DNA from: an uncultured Candidatus Saccharibacteria bacterium
GTDB taxonomy: Bacteria > Patescibacteriota > Minisyncoccia > Phycocordibacterales > PALSA-1337
NCBI GenBank assembly: GCA_964389975.1
Contig: CAYMGJ010000003.1
Coordinates: forward strand, 1 to 54,675
DNA: 54,675 nt
Direction of reading: 5' to 3'
The translations under genes were made by a program, and so were the position numbers. Shown here in pieces: positions 53,197 to 54,675 of the stretch (its first letter is position 1; each line of letters begins with the position of its first letter). Under the pieces are notes generated by a model that was not told where the DNA came from, made no database searches, and saw only the letters and a list, made by a program, of their open reading frames with translations.

Positions 53197-53208
53197 TATA
53201 GAACAATT

Positions 53209-53580
53209 ATGATTTCATACGATGATTTTGCAAAAGTAGAGATTAGAGCAGGAAAGATTCTGTCTGCAGAAAAGATTCCTGATACCGACAAGCTTCTCAA
53301 GCTATCAGTTGATTTTAATGAATACAAAGAGACTGTTGATGAGGCAGGAGTCACAGCAATGGTCCACACACCACGACAGATTGTTTCAGGGATTTCTATG
53401 TATTTTCCTGATCCTGCTGTTCTTGTGGGAAAGGTTTGTATGTTTGTTACTAATCTCGAGCCACGAATGATACGTGGACATCAAAGTAATGGAATGCTTT
53501 TTGCACTTTCTACAGAAGATGGAAAGTTTTCTCTCCTCGAACCACATGAAAGTATTCCACTTGGAACAAAGGCAAAATAA
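53209..53580 (+). CDS. tRNA-binding domain protein (CsaA/Trbp111/MetRS C-terminal-like OB fold)
   Basis: FAKVEIRAGKILSAEKIPDTDKLLKLSVDF and MIRGHQSNGMLFA are characteristic of this domain. Confidence 0.75.
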   Translation: MISYDDFAKVEIRAGKILSAEKIPDTDKLLKLSVDFNEYKETVDEAGVTAMVHTPRQIVSGISMYFPDPAVLVGKVCMFVTNLEPRMIRGHQSNGMLFALSTEDGKFSLLEPHESIPLGTKAK

Positions 53581-53582
53581 CT

Positions 53583-54200
53583 ATGGAATTTATACATTCA
53601 TTTCTTGATCCTCTCACGATTATAAAGACGGTAGGACTTATAGGAGTTGTATTAATCGTCTTTGCCGAATCAGGTCTCTTCTTCGGTTTCTTTTTACCCG
53701 GAGACTCACTTCTTTTTACCGCAGGATTTCTTGCTTCTCAAGATCTCATATCCATAGTATGGCTCCTTATTCTCACCTTCATTGCTGCTGTAGCAGGGGA
53801 TACTGTCGGGTATTTCTTTGGAAAAAAAGCAGGTCCAATGATTTTTAATCGTGAAGATTCTTTCTTTTTTCATAAAAAACATATTGAACGAGCACAGGCT
53901 TTCTACAATCGATATGGCAAGAAAACAATCGTTTTTGCTCGCTTTGTTCCTGTGGTAAGAACTTTCGCTCCAATCGTCGCGGGTGTTGCTTCTATGGAAT
54001 ACAGAACATTCATTTCCTACAATCTCATCGGAGGATTTGTATGGACATGGGGAATGCTTGGGGCAGGGTATGTTCTTGGTAATCTCATTCCTCATGCAGA
54101 AAAGTACTTAACCCCCATCATTCTCGCTATTATTTTCCTCTCTTTTGTACCCGCAGTCATTGAGTGGATTACGTCACGTCGTATTGAGAAAAAAGTATAG
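53583..54200 (+). CDS. DedA-family membrane protein
   Basis: FGFFLPGDSLLFTAGFL and FARFVPVVRTFAPIVAG match DedA/SNARE-associated motifs. Confidence 0.8.
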   Translation: MEFIHSFLDPLTIIKTVGLIGVVLIVFAESGLFFGFFLPGDSLLFTAGFLASQDLISIVWLLILTFIAAVAGDTVGYFFGKKAGPMIFNREDSFFFHKKHIERAQAFYNRYGKKTIVFARFVPVVRTFAPIVAGVASMEYRTFISYNLIGGFVWTWGMLGAGYVLGNLIPHAEKYLTPIILAIIFLSFVPAVIEWITSRRIEKKV

Positions 54201-54233
54201 TATACTATATGGTGAATATTTGATGTTCACTGT

Positions 54234-54675
54234 ATGTTTACCAAAACATTTTTTAAACTATTTCCTCCTCCGAAATTCTTGAGTATCCCTCATGCAGGTA
54301 TTGATATATCTGATGATGCAATACATTGTATTGAATATGCCACAGGACTCCATGGATATACAATTCAAAAGTATGGAATGAAACCGCTTCCACCAGGTAC
54401 GGTTGAAGGGGGAACGATAAAGGATGAGAAAACTCTCACCGATATACTCACGTCCTTGGTAAAGGAATTACATATTACTCATGCCCGCGCTTCGTTACCT
54501 GAAGAACGGATGTATCTTTTTAAAACAGAAGTTCCCACTATCGATGAAGATCAGATACGACAGAATATAGAATTTAAATTTGAAGAAAATGTTCCTCTGT
54601 CTCCACTCGATGCTGTATTTTTCTTCGATCTCATGCCAGGTATATCAACAGGGAAACATTTTGTGAGTGTATCAG
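54234..54675 (+). CDS. pilM: Type IV pilus assembly protein PilM-like (actin-like ATPase fold), 5' partial that runs off the window
   Basis: It is not in the ORF track because it is open-ended. I translated it by hand from the ATG at 54234: MFTKTFFKLFPPPKFLSIPHAGIDISDDAIHCIEY...ASLPEERMYLFKTEVP...IEFKFEENVPLSP. This pattern is typical of the PilM N-terminus. Confidence 0.65.
   Translation, partial: MFTKTFFKLFPPPKFLSIPHAGIDISDDAIHCIEYATGLHGYTIQKYGMKPLPPGTVEGGTIKDEKTLTDILTSLVKELHITHARASLPEERMYLFKTEVPTIDEDQIRQNIEFKFEENVPLSPLDAVFFFDLMPGISTGKHFVSVS

Noticed and set aside
1-54675. I looked for CRISPR arrays, IS elements or transposases, rRNA genes and stop-codon reassignment (UGA as a sense codon, as in some CPR lineages).
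   Set aside because: No regularly spaced direct repeats, no transposase-like ORFs and no rRNA-like conserved stretches were seen. All recognisable genes are intact under the standard code, with TAA, TAG and TGA all acting as stops at expected protein lengths.

Overview
This 54.7-kb window looks like the chromosome of a low-GC, reduced-genome bacterium. Gene content and protein style suggest Candidate Phyla Radiation/Patescibacteria (Parcubacteria-like), but that placement is inference only. The window spans the replication origin: rpmH-rnpA-yidC lie divergent from dnaA-dnaN, with DnaA-box clusters on both sides of dnaA and a DciA-like gene after dnaN. Most of the rest is housekeeping: cca, xth, a XerC/D-like recombinase, rpsO, pcrA, rsmA, PBP1A, tyrS, ruvA/B/C, yebC, pilB, tsaE, polA, a holA-like gene, mutM, murE, rpsT, ruvX and a partial pilM. 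There are also three tRNAs (Lys-UUU, Arg-GCG, Ser-UGA), a MacAB/HlyD-like efflux operon and an orphan histidine kinase.

The most interesting part is an 11-gene, 11.8-kb, tightly packed + strand cluster at 10961-22796. It is built around a VirB4-like ATPase, a PrgI/VirB3-like protein, a VirB6/TrbL-like polytopic protein and a VirB2-like pilin-fold fusion, plus seven uncharacterised secreted, membrane or soluble proteins. No relaxase, coupling protein or integrase is visible in the window. A perfect 22-bp palindrome precedes the cluster, and the cluster is oriented head-on to the adjacent origin.

Secondary signals:
- A recurrent -10 hexamer sits 6-7 nt before the start codon at many genes, which suggests leaderless mRNAs.
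- Four ORF-free structured regions are candidate ncRNAs or regulatory elements: 1605-2136, about 3956-4118, 33291-33458 and about 49780-49900.
- There is a 45% acidic 71-aa protein.
- A GC-rich lipoprotein gene carries a 27-nt perfect palindrome.
- An AT-rich islet is bracketed by two tRNAs.

No CRISPR array, rRNA, transposase or stop-codon reassignment was seen. All homology statements come from motif recognition by eye, not from searches.
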